This document shows positions 21,597 to 34,879 of a stretch of DNA of 64,000 nt, piece by piece (the stretch's first letter is position 1; each line of letters starts with the position of its first letter). The notes beneath the pieces were generated by a model. It was not told the origin of the DNA, searched no databases, and was given only the letters and a program-made list of their open reading frames with translations. This DNA is from Mobula hypostoma. Taxonomy: Eukaryota. Position numbers and translations under genes: made by a program. The stretch covers positions 92,134,001 through 92,198,000 of the forward strand of contig NC_086108.1 of assembly GCF_963921235.1 (NCBI RefSeq). The letters are read 5' to 3'.

Positions 21597-24132
21597 AGAC
21601 CATAAGACAAAGGAGCAGAAGTCGGCCATTTGGCCCATCGACTCTGCTCCGCCATTTTATCATGAGCTGATCCATTCTCCCATTTAGTCCCACTCCCCCA
21701 CCTTTTCACCATAACCTTTGATGCCCTGGCTACTCAGATACCTATCAATCTCTGCCTTAAATACACTCAATGACTTGGCCTCCACTGCTGCCCGTGGCAA
21801 CAAATTCCATAGATTCACCACCTTCTGATTAAAAAAATTTCTTCGCATTTCTGTTCTGAATGGGCGCCCTTCAATCCTTTAGTCATGCCCTCTCGTACTA
21901 GACTCCCCCATCATGGGAAACAACTTTGCCACATCCACTCTGTCCATGCCTTTCAACATTCGAAATGTTTCTATAAGGTCTCCCCTCATTCTTCGAAACT
22001 CCAAGGAATACAGTCCAAGAGCGGACAAACGTTCCTCATATGTTAACCCTCTCATTCCTGGAATCATTCTAGTGAATCTTCTCTGTACCCTCTCCAACGT
22101 CAACACATCCTTTCTTAAATAAGGAGACCAAAACTGATCACAGTACTCCAAGTGATGTCTCACCAGCGCCTTATAGAGCCTCAACATCACATCCCTGCTC
22201 CTATCCTCTATTCCTCTAGAAATGAATGCCAAGATTGCATTCGCCTTCTTCACTACTGACTCAACCTGGAGGTTAACTTTAAGAGTATCCTGTATGAGGA
22301 CTCCCAAGTCCCGTTGCATTTCAGAACTTTGAATTCTTTCCTCATTTAAATAATAGTCTGCCCGTTTATTTTTTCTGCCAAAGTGCATAACCATACACTT
22401 TCCAACATTGTACTTCATTTGCCACTTCTTTGCCCATTCTTCCAATCTATCCAAGTCTCTCTGCAGACTCGCTGTTTCCTCAGCACTACCAGCCCCTCCA
22501 CCTATCTTCGTATCGTCAGCAAACTTAGCCACAAAGCCATCTACTCCATAATCCAAATCATTGATGTATAATGTAAAAAGAAGTGGCCCCAACACAGACC
22601 CCTGTGGAAAACCACTGGTAACCGGCAGCCAACCAGAATAGGATCCCTTTATTCCCACTCTCTGTTTCCTGCCAATCAGCCAACGCTCTATCCACGTATG
22701 TAACTTTCCCATAATTCCATGCACTCTTATCTTGTTAAGTAGCGTCATGTGTGGCACCTTGTCAAAGGCCTTCTGAAAATCCAAATATACAACATCCACT
22801 GCATCTCCCTTGCCTACTGGTAATTTCCTCAAAAAATTGTAATAGGTTTGTCAGGCAGGATTTTCCTTTAAGGAATCCATGCTGAGTTCTGCCTATCTTG
22901 TCATATGCCTCCAGGTACTCTGTAACCTCATCCTTGACAATCGACTCCAACAGTTTCCCAACCACCGATGTCAATCTAACAGGTCTATAATTTCCTTTTT
23001 GCTTCCTTGCCCCCTTCTTAAATAGCGGAGTGACATTTGCAATCTTCCAGTCCTCCGGAACCATGCCAGAATCTATCGACTTTTGAAAGATCATCGCTAA
23101 TGCCTCCACAATCTCCACAGCTACTTTCTTCAGAACACGCAGGTGCATTCCATCTGGTCCAGGAGATTTATCTATCTTTAGACTATTCAGCTTTCTGAGT
23201 ACTTTCTCTGTCGTAATTGTGACTGCGCACACTTCTCTTCCCTGCCACCCTTGAGTGTCTGGTATACTGCTGATGTCTTCCTCAGTGAAGACTGATGCAA
23301 AATACTCGTTCAGTTCCTCTGCCATCTCCTTCTCTCCCATTACAATTTCTCCAGCATCATTTTCTATCAGTCCTATATCTAATCTCACCTGTCTTTTACT
23401 CTTTATATACTTGAAAAAACTTTTAGTATCCTCTTTGATATTATTTGCTAGCTTCCTTTCATAGTTAATCTTTTCTCTCTTAATGACCTCCTTAGTTTCC
23501 TTTTGTAAGGTTTTAAAAACTTCCCAATCCTCTGTCTTCCCACTAATTTTTGCTTCCTTGTATGCCCTCTCCTTTGCTTTAACTTTGGCTTTGACTTCTC
23601 TTGTCAACCACGGTTGCATGCTTTTCCCATTGGAAAATTTCTTCTTTTCTAGAATATACCTGTCTTGCACCTTCCTCACTTCTCGCATAAAACTCCAGCC
23701 ACTGCTGCTCTGCTGTCTTTCCCGCCAGTGTTCCTTTCCAGTCAACTTTGGCCAGTTCCTCTCTCATGCCACTGTAATTTCCTTTACTCCACTGAAATAC
23801 CGACACATCAGATTTCGGCTTCTCTTTTTCAAATGTCACAGTGAACTCAATCATGTTATGGTCACTGCCTCCTAAGGGTTCCTTCTCCTCAATCTCTCTA
23901 ATCACCTCCGGTTCATTACACAACAGCCAATCCAGTACAGCCGATCCCCTAGTGGGCTCAACATAAACTGTTCTAAAAAGCCATCTCTCAGACATTCTAC
24001 AAATTCTCTCTCTTGAGATCCAGTACCGACCTGATTTTCCCAATCCACTCGCATGTTAAAATCCCCCACAATTATCATAACACTGCCCTTCTGACAAGCC
24101 TTTTCTATTTCCTGTTGTAATTTGTAGTCCAC
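21597..24132 (-). mobile_element. Young 5'-truncated CR1 LINE (partial EN, complete RT), few frameshifts
   Basis: ORFs 23902-24132, 23579-24043, 22762-23745, 21879-22832 (KSPGPDG, LDFQKAFDKVPH, FADD); 9-bp TSD ATTTCCATA at 21588-21596 and 24133-24141. Confidence 0.95.
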
Positions 24133-24334
24133 ATTTCCATATTATTTCAGCTACATGGTAGCAACAGCTTCAACGTAAGTCGGGGTGCTCTTTTAAATAC
24201 CTTTTCCTCACTTAACACTGGTAGGTCATCCCGTCTTTGTCCGATCTTAAGGGGTTCACCCACTTCAGCTAATTTGATATAGTAATTAATATCATGGCTT
24301 ACAAGTAATCATAAAGACAGGAGATTCTACACAA

Positions 24335-24697
24335 GCATCTTCAAAAGGCGATGTTCAAAATGCAACGTCTCAAAAATGCAGCCTCCAATATTAAGGACCC
24401 CAACTGCCTTGGGCATGCCCCCTTCTCATTGCTACCATCAGGGAGGTGGAACAGGAGCCTGAAGACACAGACTCCACATTTAGGAACAGCTCTTCCCCTC
24501 TGACAACAGATTTCTGAATGGACAGTGAACCCACGTACACTACCTCACTAATGTTGCTCTCTTTTGCACTACTTTTTAATATTTCAATATATTTCTTATT
24601 GTAATTTATTGTATATGCTATTGTATTGCACTGCCCTGCTGCTGTAAAACAACAGATTCACAACTGTCAGTGCTAATAAACCTGATTCTGATTCTGA
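24335..24697 (+). mobile_element. Rex1/Babar LINE 3' fragment
   Basis: ..PFSLLPSGR..RSLKT; tail cctgattctgattctga. Confidence 0.7.
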
Positions 24698-25358
24698 AAT
24701 CTTGAGCAACATGCATACAAAATGCTGGAGACGTTGCCTGACTTGCTGAGTTCCTCCAGCATTTTGTCCATTTATTGAGTAATTAACAGTTTTTGTGCAC
24801 TTTTAGATTGAAATGTGACCTACTCCTTCCCAAGCCCACTCCTCCCATGGCCTCCGAACAAATCTCTACTCTTACCATGCCAGGAAATTAAAATGCAGCC
24901 TTAAATAACCAAAATAATTTACCTGGAATATTTAAACTGGCATGCGATTGTGTTTATACGCTCAATACATCACAAAACTCTAATTACAGTTCAAATGAAT
25001 ATAAAAATGAACCCATTGGTCATATTAATAGCAAAACATTGTCAAGTGTTTCAGCAATGCTTCAGCTGTGTGAAATATAAATGATCTGTAATATTTTCAA
25101 AATCATTATTTCTTATAAGTGTCAAACATTGTGGAAAGTGTAGTTTAACATTTAGCAAACTCATGCTCCTTAATTATGCTCATAGAGCAGAATGGGAATC
25201 TGGGAATTCTCAACAAGGATTCGAAAGCAACTGGGGAGGGGGTAGTTACACCAGCCACAGCCTTGAATTCATTTCAGCGCCTTTTTTTTCTGATTTTAAG
25301 TATGGTGTACAGGTTTTCTCAAAAGGCTCAAAGTGCAGAGTTTACAATTTGCTTTGAA

Positions 25359-25379
25359 TTAAATAATATTGGCCTGAAC
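25359..25379 (-). CDS. Probable terminal coding exon of the - strand gene (VQANII-stop), followed by unique 3' UTR-like sequence
   Basis: Acceptor ttcttattttcttcctatggtgtAG; phase 0 matches the donor of 36963-37209. Confidence 0.5.
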   Translation of the reverse strand, partial: VQANII

Positions 25380-27211
25380 CTACACCATAGGAAGAAAATA
25401 AGAATGCATAAAGAATATTATTTTTACCTGTCAACACACAAAATCACAATGTAATCAAAGGGACAGCAAGAAAAAGCTGAAGGCTATTGTTTTGGAAATC
25501 TACACTTTGCTCAAGAGGAACTCCAGAGCAAATCAAAATACCATAAGAAAGATGAGCAGAATTAGGATATTCCACCCATCAAGTCTGCTCCATCATTCTA
25601 ACATGGATGATTTAACTTCTTCCTCTATATCCACTCTGTTTAGGTCTTTCGATAGGTTGCAATGAAATCCCCACTTTCCCTCATTCTTCTAAACTCCAGT
25701 GAGTACGGCCCCAGAGCCATCAAAATCATTTCATTCCTGGGATCATTCTTGTCAACCTCCTCTGGGCCCTCTCCAACATCAGCACTTCTTTTCTTAGATA
25801 AGGAGCCCAAAACTGCTCCTAATACTCCAAATGTGCTCTGACCAATGATATCACACATCCTTTTCCGGAGGATCCACTAGTCTACTGGTAGAATTTTTGT
25901 TATATTCATTTAAAGGATATTGCAACTTTATAAAACTCTAGTGCAGCCACATCTGGAGTATTGTGAACAGTTCTGATCACCCCATTATATAAAGGATGTT
26001 GAGGCCTTGAAGAGGGTGCAGAAGAGGTTTACCAGGGTGCTGCCTGGATTAGAGGAAATATGCTATAATGAGAGGTTGGACAAACTTAGAGCGATAAAGG
26101 CTGGAGTTAGATCTGATAGATGTTTATAAGATAATGGGAGGCATTGATAGAGTAGACAGTATCTTTTCCCAGGGTTGAAATGTCAAGAGAACATTCAAAA
26201 GGAGATGTGAGGGACAAGGTTTTTACACAGAGAATGGTAGATGCCTGGAATATGCTCCCAGAGGTGGTGGTAGATGCATATACATTAGACACTAACGAGC
26301 AGAGGGAAATCAGGATGGTGTACAAGTTCAACTTGAATTTATAGATAGAGATGTAGTGGAGATTTGAAGGTGTTAACTAAGCCTTGGTGAGTTACTGAAC
26401 ATACATCTTATGGAAGGAACACACGTGATATACAAAGGTTGAAGGAGATCAATACTTATGATTTTAAATGGGATGTCATGGATGGAATCAATCTGAGAAT
26501 CGAAAAACTGCAGATCCTGAAAATCTGAAGTAAATCTGTAAGGTGCTGGAGAAACTAAGCAGCCCCTGATGCATCACCTCACGGAGACAGTGAGGCTTAA
26601 TCTAAGTTTAATTGCTGCTTCACTGCCACATTAAACCACTTGGTTTTATATGTCAGTCATTCCCAATGTACTGCCCAATCCTACCCCCACCGTCTCTGCT
26701 ACCAACATCTAATTTACTCTCTCCATTAACCTGATGAAGGGATCCTAAACATTAGCTTTGTCCTCTTTGACTAGGTCACCTGAGTGTTTCCAGCTTTTTC
26801 TGCTTTTAACCAAACTTCTTGTGCACTGTTGGGCTGCATACATTCTGACCCTTCCATAGATGTGTGGTGGAGAGTGTATTGACTGGTTGCATCACAGCCT
26901 AATATAGGAACACCAATGCCCTTGAATGGAAACTCCTACAAAAAGTAATGGATATGGCCCTGTTCATCACAGGTAAAGCCCTCCCCACCATGAGCACATC
27001 TACATGAGTGTTGTCACAGGGAAGCAGCATCCATCATCAGAGATCCCCACTACCCTGGTCAAGCTCTCTTCTCGCTGTTGCCATCAGGAAGAAGGTACAG
27101 GAGCCTCGGGACCATCACAACCATTAGGCTCTTGAAGCAGGGGGTAATAACTTCACTCAATTTCACCCTTCCCATCACTGAAATGTTCACACAATCTATG
27201 GACTCAATTTC

Positions 27212-28698
27212 AATAGACAATAGGCGCAGGAGTAGGCCATTCGGCCCTTCGAGCCAGCACCGCCATTCACTGTGATCATGGCTGATCATCCACAATCAGT
27301 ACCCTGTTCCTGCCTTCTCCCCATATCCCTTGACTCCGCTATCTTTAAGAGCTCTACCTAACTCTTTCTTGAAAGAATCAGAGAATTGGCCTCCACTGCC
27401 TTCTGAGGCAGAGCATTCCACAGATCCACAACCCTCTGTGTGAAAAAGTTTTTCCTCAACTCCGTTCTAAATGGTCTACCCCTTATTCTTAAACTGGGGC
27501 CTCTGGTTCTGGACTCCCCCAACATCCGGAACATGTTTCCTGCTTCTAGCGTGTCCAATCCCTTAATAATCCTATATGTTTCCGCAAGGCTCAGTGCTGG
27601 GACCCCAGTTGTTTACAATATATATTAATGATTAGACGAGGGAATTAAATGCAGCATCTCCAAGTTTGTGGAGGACACGAAGCTGGGCAGCAGTGTTAGC
27701 TGTGAGGAGGATGCTAAGAGGATGCAGGGTGACTTGGATAGGTTAGGTGAGTTGGCAAATTCATGGCAGATGCAATTTAATGTGGATAAATGTGAGGTTA
27801 TCCACTTTGGTGGCAAAAACAGGAAAACAGATTATTATCTGAATGGTGACCAATTAGGAAAAGGGGAGGTGCAACGAGACCTGGGTGTCATTGTACACCA
27901 GTCATTGAAAGTGGGCATGCAGGTACAGCAGGCGGTGAAAAAGGCGAATGGTATGCTGGCATTCATAGCAAAAGGATTCGAGTACAGGAGCAGGGAGGTA
28001 CTACTGCAGTTGTACAAGGCCTTGGTGAGACCACACCTGGAGTATCGTGTGCAGTTTTGGTCCCCTAATCTGAGGAAGGACATTCTTGCCATAGAGGGAG
28101 TACAAAGAAGGTTCACCAGATTGATTCCTGGGATGGCAGGACTTACATATGATGAAAGACTGGATCAATTAGGCTTATACTCTCTGGAATTTAGAAGATT
28201 GAGGGGGGATCTTATTGAAATGTATAAAATTCTGAAGGGATTGGGCAGGCTAGATGCAGGAAGATTGTTCCCGATGTTGGGGAAGTCCAGAACGAGGGGT
28301 CACAGTTTGAGGATAAAGGGGAAGCCTTTTAGGACCGACGTGAGGAAAAACTTCTTCACACAGAGAGTGGTGAATCTGTGGAATTCTCTGCCACAGGAAA
28401 CAGTTGAGGCCAGTTCATTGGCTATATTTAAGGGGGAGTTAGATATGGCCCTTGTGGCTAAAGGGATCAGGGGGTATGGAGAGAAGGCAGGTACAGGGTT
28501 CTGAGTTGGATGATCAGCCATGATCATACTGAATGGCCGTGCAGGCTCGAAGGGCCAAATCACCTACTCCTGCACCTATTTTCTATGTTTCTATGTTTCA
28601 ATCAGATCCCCTCTCATCCTTCTAAATTCCAGTGTATACAAGCCTAGTCGCTCCAATCTTTCAACATATGACAGTCCCGCCATCCCGGGAATTAACCT
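27212..28698 (-). mobile_element. CR1 3' fragment (host of the 27583-28591 copy)
   Basis: Segments 27212-27582 and 28600-28698 join into a contiguous CR1 RT C-terminus; tail (CAATAGA)n on + strand. Confidence 0.8.
27583..28591 (+). mobile_element. Young CR1 LINE 3' 1 kb
   Basis: 278-aa ORF 27668-28504; TSD TATGTTTC at 27575-27582 and 28592-28599; same subfamily as 60965-62305. Confidence 0.92.
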
Positions 28699-29224
28699 CT
28701 TTCAAGGACTCTCCATCTTGTGCTCATGATGCGTACTGTTTGTTTATTTATTTATATTTATTACTTCTTTCTTTCCTTTGTGGTCTTTTGCACATTGGTT
28801 GTTCATCCATCATTTGGAGTGCAGTCTTTCGATGATTCTATTGCGTTTCTTGGATTTACTGTGTGTGCCTGCAAGAACATGAATCTCAGGGTTGGATATG
28901 GTGACGTATATGCACTTTAATGATAACTCCACTTTGATCTTTGAAATGAAGCATATTCCACCACACCCCTGTCCGGTACTTTGTGCTCATTGTAGAAACA
29001 AGACCGAGTCACTGAATACAGAGTCACTCATATGATGCAGAGAACATTGACAAGATCACTTCACAGTCCAGTAGTGATTTCCCCTACAGGGTTAGGGTTG
29101 ATGCAGCTTAAATAACAATTACTCAAGTTGTTGGGAGGCTTAAGACTGAAAATGTGAAAACCTGCAAGAAAATGAACCTCAGGGTAGTACATGGTGACGC
29201 ATATGTACTTTGATAATAATCTTA

Positions 29225-30320
29225 GAGTCAGGTTTAATATTATCGGTATTTGTTATGAAATTTGTTAAATTTGTGGCAGCAGTACAATACATGATAAAGA
29301 GAAAAACTATTCTTTTTATACAGTTAAATTCAACAGTGCAAAAAAATAGGAAATTAAAAAAGTAGTGAGGTAGTGTTCACGGGTTTTAATGTCCATTCAG
29401 AAGTCAGATGGCAGAAAGGAATAAGCTGTTCTTGAATCGGTGAGAGAGTGCCTTCAGGCTTCTGTACCTCCTTCTTGATGGTAGCAATGAGAAGAGGACA
29501 TGCCCTGGGTGATGGAGATCCTTAATGATGGATGCCACCTGCCTGAGGCATCGCTCCTTGAAACTGTCCTGGTTGCTACGGAGGCTAGTGCCCATGATGG
29601 GGCTGGCTAATTTTACAGCTCCCTGCAGCTTATTTTGATCCTGTGCAGTAACAACCCCCGCCCCCATACAAGACAGTGACTCACCCAGACAGAATGCTTT
29701 CCAAAGTACATCTGTAGGTATTTGCGAGTGCTTTTGGTGATGTGCCCAATCAATGAAGTACAGCCACTGTCTGGCCTTCTTTATAGCTGCTTCCAAATAT
29801 TGGGTCCAAGTTAGGTCCTTAGAGATATTGGCACCCAGAAACTTGAAATTGCTCGCTCTCTCCGTTTCTGATCCCTCTATGAGGACTGGTGTGTGTTCCT
29901 CGTCTTACCCTTCCTGAAGTCCACAATCAACTCTTTGGTCCTACTGATGTTGAATGCAAGATTGTTGCTGTGACACCACTTATCTTGCTGGTACATTTTG
30001 CTCCTGCACGCCTTCTCGTCACCATCTGAGATTCTACCAACAAGGGTTGCATCATCTGCAAATTTATAGATGGCATTTGAGCTGTGCCTTGCCACACAGT
30101 CATGTGTGAGAGAGCAGAGCAGTGGGCTCAGCACACACCCCTGAGGTTCACCAGTGGCAATTGTGAGCAAGGAGGAGATATTATTACCAATCCACACAGA
30201 TTGTGGTCTTCCGGTTAGGAAGTCAAGGATCCAGCTGTAGAGGGAGGTACAGAGGCCCATTTCCTGGAGCCTTTCAATCAGAATTATAGGAATGATGGTA
30301 TTAAATGCTAATCTATAGTA
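29225..30320 (-). mobile_element. Rex1/Babar LINE RT to 3' end
   Basis: [41 protein letters not shown] 29404-29796. Confidence 0.85.
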
Positions 30321-30629
30321 ATTCCCTTTGAACTTTAAATCTTAAACTTTTAAACAACACGGATTGGACTCACTTGTAGACCAAGTATATTGCCTTTCCA
30401 GTAACCAGTTGGCTTTTACAGTAATATTTAAACTTCTCCTCTACTTAGTGCTTTCCAACAAAGTGCCTGATTTATTCACTTCAATCTTTATCTACCCCTG
30501 TGGGATTTGGACCCATGACCACAGGTTCCAGTACTTAATCTCGCTGTCTTATTCAATGCAATTTTCTAAGTGGTTAGCTCACAGTAATAGTCAGATGCCA
30601 TTAAGCATCAGCTCAGCAGGGAATGTGAC

Positions 30630-32435
30630 TACATACTGCAGGCAGCTCTGAACGAATATGACACAGTTGTCATTGGCTTCATCTAGACCTGTGTGGATGA
30701 GTGTGTCCATACCAGGCATACTCAATCGAAAAGGAATGGATGAACCAGGATATTCGCAGTCTGCTGAATCAGTGGTATTCAAGACCAGCAATACAAAACT
30801 TACACAAGTCCAGGATATTTTAAGAGCTAAAAAAACAATTTCAATTGAAGTTAGAAATGGAAACATATGCACATCGTCTCTGGCAGGTTTTGCAAGCCAT
30901 TATTTCCTACGAGGTAAAATCTAACACCATGAATGGCTACGATGCTTCACATCCAAATGAGCTCAATGCTTTTATATGCACGCTTTGAAAGGTAGAATAA
31001 AACTACCCCAATGCAAGTCCCTCCAGCATCTGGTGATCCTGTGATATCTGTCTCAGAGGCCAACATCAGAACATCTTTCAAAAGGGTGAACCCTCTCAAG
31101 GCATCAGGCCCCAATGGTGTTCCTGCAGGGGGAGCTGAAAACCTATGCCAACCAACTGGGGGAGTTATTCAAAGATAGCGTCAATCTCTCGCTGCTGCGG
31201 TTGGTGGTCCCCATCTTCTTCAAAAGAGCGACAATGCACAAGAAAAGCAGGGTGAGCTGCCTCAACGACCATTATGATGAAGTGCTTTGAGAGGATGATC
31301 ATGGCCAGAATCAACTCCTCCCTCGGCAAGAACCTGGACCTGGTGCAATTTGCCTATGGCCACAATATGACTGGCTCTCCACTCTGTCAGGACAATAGCA
31401 ATACCTATGTCAGGCTGAATCTTATTAATTACAACTCAACGTTCAACATCATTATACCCTCAGTACTAATCAACAAGCTCCAAACCCTCTGTACCTCCCC
31501 CTGCAACTTGATCCTTGACTTCTTCATCAGGAGATCACAGTCAGTGCAGATTAGAAATACATCTCCTCCTCACTGACAATGAACACCAACACCTCTCGTG
31601 GACACACCCTTAGCCCAGTGCGCTACTCTTTCTAAACTCATGTCTTTACCACGAGGCACAGGTTAAATAGCATCTATAAATTTGCTTTTACTCAACTAAT
31701 GTTGGCAAAATTTCAGATGGTGACAAGGAGGCGTACAGCAGGTTGAGTGGTACCGCAACAACAACTTTGCACCCTGTCAGTAAGAACAAGGATTTGATTG
31801 TGGACCTCAGGAGGTGGAAGTCAAGTGAACGCACACCAGTTCTTACCAAAGGATCGGAAATGGAAAGGGTGAGCATCTCTGAAGATCCATCCTAAGCCCA
31901 AGAATATTGATGCAATTACAGAAGCATGACAATGACCGGATTTCATTCAGAGTTTGAGGAGATTTGGTATGTCACCAAAGGCTAGCAGATTTCTACAGAT
32001 GTACCATGGTGAGCATTCTGACTGTTGGCATCTCCATCTGGTATGGAGGGGCCACCACACAGGACCGGAAAAAGCAGCAGAGAGCTGTAAACTCAGCCAG
32101 CTCCATCATGGGTTCCCTAGCCTCCTCAACAACGAGGTCATCTTCAAACGCGATGCCTCAGAATAGTGGCATCCACCATTAAGGACCTCCTTCACCCAGG
32201 ACGTGCCTTCTTCTCATTGCTACCATCAAGGAGGCATCAGATTTCTGAATAGACAATGAACTCATGCATAATACCTCAAGTTTTTTTTGCCCTCTTATTT
32301 AATTTTATACCCATTATATACTATATTTCTTTATGTAATTTATAATTTTTAAAAATTCTCTATTGCACTGTACTACTGCTGGAAAATAACAAACTCCATG
32401 ATTTAGAAGGGTGATATTAAACTTGATTCAGATTC
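30630..32435 (+). mobile_element. Degraded Rex1/Babar LINE ORF2
   Basis: KASGPNG, MKCFER..., LDFFIRRSQSV, FYRCT..SILT..WYG remnants. Confidence 0.8.
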
Positions 32436-34879
32436 GGGGCATAGGCAGACCATTTGACTTCCCAAGACAAATTCCTCTTGGATTGATACATTTTACAGGA
32501 AAAATTTCTCAGGAGCATGGACTTCTCAACAAGTGGTTGGCCACTGTTCACTAGGTATAGTCAGCATAGCTTTTTATTCACCAAGGTGGTAATCTGACCA
32601 ACAAGGAAACTCCTCAGCAGACTGAATAAGACTGCAGCTGTTGAAAACCCTGTATCGGCCCAGAAGGAATAAACTAGTCTGGGTAAGTTTCTTTGCTTAG
32701 GAATTCCTGTTTTTGCAATCCCAGAGAAGTCAGGGACAGATTAATAATCCATCCTGTTAATATGTCCAGGAGATCTCCTAAATAGTTTCACTCACCCCAA
32801 CACTGAACTGATTCCGCAACCTTTGGACTCACTTTCAAGGACTGTACAACGCATGTTCTCATTATTTATTACTTATTTATCGGTTATTATTATTTTGTGT
32901 TTCTATTTTATTTTCACAATTTGTTGTCATTTGCACTTTGGTTGTCCATCTTTGCGCATAGTTTTTCATTGATTCTATTGTGTTTCTTTGTACTTACTGT
33001 GAATGCCTGCAAGAAAATAAATCTCAGGGTCGTATATAGTGACATAATGTATACGTATTTTCATAATAAGTTTACTTTGAACTCTGAACTTTAAATTTTA
33101 GATCCAAACATTGAAATTAACAAATGACAGGAGGACATTAATAAATGTGAGGAATAGGCAAACAATTGACAAATAAAGTTCAATACAAACAAATGAAAGG
33201 TAATACCATTTGATGGGAAAGGTAGGAAAGTCATTTATTGCTTTGGAAAGTACAGGTCTAGCCATCCCAAGCAGAGTAAGAAAGTAACAAGCAGATACTA
33301 GATATACCATTCAATAAGTATCATGACTTAGATTCACAGTGGTGTTGGATTTGGGTCCAGTTTGCTCTTTTTATTGTGTTTTTCTTGTAGTTTTAGTTTT
33401 CTTTACACTTGCTCATATGATTGTAACAATCATTTTGTTTCTCCTTTATACAAGAATGACAATAAACAATGTTGAATCTTGAATCTTGATTCATAAACAT
33501 TTAATAACTTTTAGTACATTTGGTTCTATATTTCTGGTTTCTATGTCTGTAAAGCAAAAGTGTGAATCAATCAGTGACTTGACAGGTTTCTCATATAAAA
33601 CCCATCCAGAATGGTTTGCTGTACAAAAAGAAAACATGTTCTCAAGTTCCTTTGTTACTATTTACTTGCCTTGATTGCTGGTATAGGTTGATACAATCTC
33701 ACCTGTACTGTGATCATCTACTAAAACAACTATAAGCATAAGACTTAAGCATCTTTCTTCACTTCTGGAGAACCTGCTGGTCAACACCATCTCCAGATCT
33801 AACAAGACCATAGAAAAAGGCAAACCAGTCACTAAGGTTTATACCAGGAGAATAGCATTGAGAAGTACAGAAGTCAATCTAACTCTAAATCAATTTTTGG
33901 TTTAAATTATACTTAAAATCCTGGTCATAACATTGTATAAAGATGTACAGAATGAAAAGCCACAAAGAAGATTTACAAGAATGATACTGAACATGCTGAC
34001 TGGAGTAGAGGGCATGTATCATGAAGATATACGAGTAAGCCAGTGCTTTTCTCTTAAAGATTGTTTAATATCATTTCCAGTGCACAAGTATAAAGGAGAA
34101 CAAAATAATTGTTACTCCCGATCTGATGCAGCACACAAAAAACACAATAAGATAAAGAACACAATAATAAAATAACACAATATAACCACACAATATAGCT
34201 AATGATTAATTCTATTTCCATAAGGTGATGCTAGGCACAGAAGTGTTTGTGCATAAGGTGACTGCCAGGAAATGATGAAGTAGTGGTGTTGGGGGATACG
34301 GTGTGGTGGGTTAGTGGGTGGGAGATGTTGATCAGTCTTACTGCTTGGGGAAAGTAACTGTTTTTGAGTCTGGTGGATAGTACATAAGTGACAGGATCTT
34401 TCATGATGCTATTGGCACTTCTCTGGCACAATTCTGTATATTTGTCCTTGGCAGCAGGGAGACTTGTGCTGGTGACACTTTGTCCAGCTTTGACTATCCA
34501 TTGTAGAGCCTCTTTGGAGAAAAGGAAGTTGAGAAGTGACTTAATAGAGATGTACAAGATGATAAGAGGCGCAGATCAAGTTGCTAGCTGGAGACTTTTT
34601 CCTAAGGCAGAAATAGCGAATACAAGGGGATATTATTTTAAGGTGATTGGAGGAAAAGGGGGCTGTCAGGGGTAAGTTCTTTATACAGAGGATGTTGTGT
34701 GTATGGAATGCCTGCTGAGGCAGTTAGATTAGGGGCATCTAAGAAACTCTACAGTAGGCATAAAAGTAGATTATAGAAAAATGGTTATGTAGAAGAAAGA
34801 GAAAGTTAAATGACTGACACAACATCATAGAGTGTGAACCTGTATTGTGCTGTAGTCTTCTATGTTCTAAGTTCTATGT

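Larger units (their letters stand above)
26860..28945 (+). mobile_element. Rex1/Babar fragment whose tail is split by two nested CR1 insertions
   Basis: Tail atggactca-tttcaa-ggactc split between about 27210 and 28700. Confidence 0.7.
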
